DNA from: Methylotenera sp.
GTDB taxonomy: Bacteria > Pseudomonadota > Gammaproteobacteria > Burkholderiales > Methylophilaceae
Direction: 5' to 3'
NCBI GenBank assembly: GCA_030655015.1
Contig: JAURWJ010000018.1
Span: 12,345 to 76,344, forward strand
Length of the DNA: 64,000 nucleotides
Part shown: in pieces, positions 61,089 to 64,000 of the stretch
How the letters are laid out: the number at the start of each line of letters is the position of its first letter
Position numbering within the stretch: the stretch's first letter is position 1
Notes under the pieces: model-generated
The model's database searches: none
Seen by the model: the letters and a program-made list of their open reading frames with translations, nothing else
What the model was told of the DNA's origin: nothing
Made by a program: the position numbers and the translations under genes

Positions 61089-63131
61089 GTGACTATCAAC
61101 GCATTACAAAACAACCCACTATTACATTTTTCTGGATTACCTAAATTCAACGAAGTGAGCGCTGAGCATGTGTCCCCTGCTATTGATTATTTGCTCAACG
61201 AAGCCAGGGCGACAATTACTGCCCTAGCCACCAGTGAAACCACCGTTACCTGGGGTAGTTTTGCAGAGAAGCTTGAAGACATGGAAGAAAAGTTGTCACG
61301 TGCCTGGTCGCAAGTTGGTCACATGAACGCAGTCGTCAATAGCCCTGAGTTGCGTGAGGCGTATAACGATAACTTATCTAAACTTACTGATTTCTACGCA
61401 GATTTAGGTCAAGATGAGCGTCTTTATGCCAAGTTTCGCGCTTTGCGTGCCAGCCATGAATTTGATGCCCTCACGCCCGCTCAGAAGAAAATTATAGAAA
61501 ACGAATTGCGTGACTTCCGCTTGGGCGGTGCTGAATTGCCCGAGGCGCAAAAAGTGCGCTTTAAGGTCATACAGGAAGAACTTTCAAAACTTTCATCCAA
61601 GTTTGAAGAAAACGTACTTGATACTACCAATGAATATGCGCTGTATGTAGAAAATGCCGATACTTTACAAGGGATTCCACAAGACGTGTTACAGGTGGCA
61701 TTGGATGCGGCAAAATCTGATGATAAAAGCGGTTGGAAGTTTACCCTGCACTTTCCTTCTTATTTACCCGTACTGCAATATGCCGAAAATCGCCCTTTGC
61801 GTGAAACGCTTTACCGCGCTTACGCCACGCGTGCTTCTGAATTTGGCAAACCCGAGTGGGATAACACGCCGATTATTGCACAAATTTTAAAATTACGACT
61901 TGAAGCAGCGCAGTTGCTTGGTTTTAACAATTATGCCGAACTTTCAATCGCTACCAAAATGGCTGAATCTGCTCAGCATGTAGAAGACTTCTTGCAAGAT
62001 CTAGCGAAGCGCGCCAAACCCTACGCGCTAAAAGATAAAATTGAGCTGGATGAATATGCTGCAAAACTTGGTATTACTGACATGCAGGCGTGGGATGTGG
62101 CCTATGTGTCAGAAAAACTACGGGAAGAAAAATATGCGTTTTCCGACCTGGAAATAAAGCAATATTTCCCTGAAAGCAAAGTGTTAGCAGGCTTATTCAA
62201 AGTGGTGGAAACCATATTTGGTGTACACGTGAGCCAAACCCAAGCGCCAGTTTGGCATGAAACTGCAAGTTTTTATGCGATTAAAGACCATGCAGGTCAT
62301 CTGATTGGCCAATTTTATCTGGATTTGTACGCACGCAACAATAAACGTGGCGGCGCCTGGATGGATGAAGCTATTACCCGTCGCAAAGTGGCGGGTGAAC
62401 TCACCACACCTGTGGCGTATTTAACCTGTAATTTTTCTGCCCCAGTGGGCGACAAGCCAGCGCTGTTTACGCACGATGAAGTGCTCACCATGTTCCATGA
62501 GTTTGGTCATGGCTTACACCACATGCTGACTGAAGTCGATTACTACAGCGTATCTGGCATCAAAGGCGTGGAATGGGATGCGGTTGAGCTACCTAGCCAA
62601 TTTATGGAAAATTTTTGCTGGGAGTGGGAAGTATTGCGCAATATGACGGCCCACGTTGAAACTGGCGCGCAATTACCGCGCACACTGTTTGATAAAATGG
62701 TCGCTGCCAAAAACTTTCAGGCCGGCATGCAAACCATGCGTCAAATTGAATTTTCATTGTTCGATATTCGCCTGCATAGTGAGTTTGATCCACACGGCAC
62801 AACCACTGCATTAGACTTGATTGAATCAGTACGCGATGAAGTGGCTGTTGTGCGTCCACCCAAGTGGAATCGCTTTCCAAATAACTTTACCCATGTATTT
62901 GCGGGTGGCTATGCCGCTGGGTATTACAGCTACAAATGGGCGGAAGTGTTATCAGCCGATGCGTACAGCATGTTTGAAGAAGATGGCGTGCTATCAAGAG
63001 AAGCTGGCCAGCGCTATTGGCAAGAGATTTTAGCGCAAGGCGGCTCACGCACAGCGATGGAGTCATTTACTGCATTCCGTGGGCGTGAACCGAATATTGA
63101 TGCATTATTACGCCATAACGGCATGGTTTAA
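61089..63131 (+). CDS. prlC: Oligopeptidase A (M3 peptidase)
   Basis: KRGGAWMD, FHEFGHGLH, VELPSQ, GGYAAGYYSY. Confidence 0.93.
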   Translation: MTINALQNNPLLHFSGLPKFNEVSAEHVSPAIDYLLNEARATITALATSETTVTWGSFAEKLEDMEEKLSRAWSQVGHMNAVVNSPELREAYNDNLSKLTDFYADLGQDERLYAKFRALRASHEFDALTPAQKKIIENELRDFRLGGAELPEAQKVRFKVIQEELSKLSSKFEENVLDTTNEYALYVENADTLQGIPQDVLQVALDAAKSDDKSGWKFTLHFPSYLPVLQYAENRPLRETLYRAYATRASEFGKPEWDNTPIIAQILKLRLEAAQLLGFNNYAELSIATKMAESAQHVEDFLQDLAKRAKPYALKDKIELDEYAAKLGITDMQAWDVAYVSEKLREEKYAFSDLEIKQYFPESKVLAGLFKVVETIFGVHVSQTQAPVWHETASFYAIKDHAGHLIGQFYLDLYARNNKRGGAWMDEAITRRKVAGELTTPVAYLTCNFSAPVGDKPALFTHDEVLTMFHEFGHGLHHMLTEVDYYSVSGIKGVEWDAVELPSQFMENFCWEWEVLRNMTAHVETGAQLPRTLFDKMVAAKNFQAGMQTMRQIEFSLFDIRLHSEFDPHGTTTALDLIESVRDEVAVVRPPKWNRFPNNFTHVFAGGYAAGYYSYKWAEVLSADAYSMFEEDGVLSREAGQRYWQEILAQGGSRTAMESFTAFRGREPNIDALLRHNGMV

Positions 63132-63140
63132 GGTAAAGCC

Positions 63141-63911
63141 GTGAAATTCGCCACTTGGAATGTAAATTCTCTAAATGTACGCTTACCTCATGTACTGGAT
63201 TGGCTTCGTGACAATCAGCCAGACGTGCTGTGTTTGCAAGAAACAAAACAAGAAGACAGTAAGTTTCCCTATCAGGCACTTGAGCAAGCTGGTTATCAGG
63301 CGGCACATATCGGGCAAAAAACCTATAACGGCGTGGCAATTTTAAGCCGCCATGTGATGACGGATATTCAGTGCAACATCCCAAACTTTGATGACGATCA
63401 ACAGCGCATCATTGCAGCGAATATCGGTGATATTCGCGTTATTTGTGCTTATATTCCCAATGGGCAAGCGATTGATTCTGACAAATACCAGTACAAAATG
63501 CGCTGGCTGAGTGCCCTGGCAGATTGGCTTAAAACTGAACTGGCGACGCATCCAAAATTGATGTTGCTAGGCGATTACAATATTGCGCCAGAAGACCGTG
63601 ATTGCCACGATCCTGCCGCATGGCTGGGGCAGGTTTTAGTATCACCCCCTGAGCGCGATGCTTTTAAACAGCTAATTACGCTAGGGCTACATGATAGTTT
63701 TAGATTATTTGAGCAGCCTGAAAAAAGCTTTAGCTGGTGGGACTACCGCATGATGGGGTTTAGGCGCAATTTTGGTATGCGTATTGATCACATTTTAGTC
63801 AGCGACGCACTCAAAACTGCATGTCAGTCCGCCTATATCGATAAAGCGCCACGTAAGTTGGAGCGGCCATCAGATCATACGCCAGTGGTGCTGGAGCTTA
63901 ATGCGGGTTAA
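63141..63911 (+). CDS. xth: Exodeoxyribonuclease III
   Basis: ATWNVNS, LQETK, GDYN, SWWDYR, SDH. Confidence 0.95.
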   Translation: MKFATWNVNSLNVRLPHVLDWLRDNQPDVLCLQETKQEDSKFPYQALEQAGYQAAHIGQKTYNGVAILSRHVMTDIQCNIPNFDDDQQRIIAANIGDIRVICAYIPNGQAIDSDKYQYKMRWLSALADWLKTELATHPKLMLLGDYNIAPEDRDCHDPAAWLGQVLVSPPERDAFKQLITLGLHDSFRLFEQPEKSFSWWDYRMMGFRRNFGMRIDHILVSDALKTACQSAYIDKAPRKLERPSDHTPVVLELNAG

Positions 63912-63999
63912 ACAGCTTATTTACTTGATCTGATGGTTGATCATTCTGTGTGCTTTGACGGCTATTCTTTGGATCAATATTTTTGTTTTTTGCGGGCTC
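63898..63999 (-). CDS. Possible 3' end of a gene entering from the right edge (partial)
   Basis: Open frame EPAKNKNIDPKNSRQSTQNDQPSDQVNKLFNPH* converging on xth. Confidence 0.3.
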   Translation of the reverse strand, partial: EPAKNKNIDPKNSRQSTQNDQPSDQVNKLFNPH

Positions 64000-64000
64000 A

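Overview
Chromosomal window from a betaproteobacterium. Gene content and order suggest a Methylophilaceae/Methylotenera-like organism (inference). Most of it (~17.3-64 kb) is housekeeping: sodB, dapF-DUF484-xerC, metK, SAH riboswitch-ahcY-(yvlD)-metF, LysM-dprA-smg, def-fmt-htpX-rsmB-DUF4390-ntrY-ntrX, hemB, trpGDC, kdsD-kdsC-lptCAB-rpoN-hpf-hprK-rapZ-PTS genes, prlC and xth. Three c-di-GMP enzymes are interspersed. The main accessory block is a ~13.9-kb island (3380-17240). It is bracketed by inverted 17-bp end motifs and seems to sit between sodB and its original terminator. It carries an IS3 remnant, an AraC regulator, a 4x20-bp operator array and a two-partner secretion pair whose 3284-aa TpsA has 12 FG-GAP/integrin-alpha-like blades inserted at the LLDP motif. 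Other notable items: a CruR/DUF2946-like RGPP leader ORF (with an in-frame stop) ahead of a ZnuD-like TonB receptor; a 190-bp structured element inserted into a REP-like hairpin; a 97-bp MITE disrupting a membrane gene in the ahcY-metF operon; an IR-bounded structured non-coding element between htpX and rsmB (IS110-like?); and a Thr->Pro change in the RpoN box. All calls come from reading the sequence; no database searches were run.
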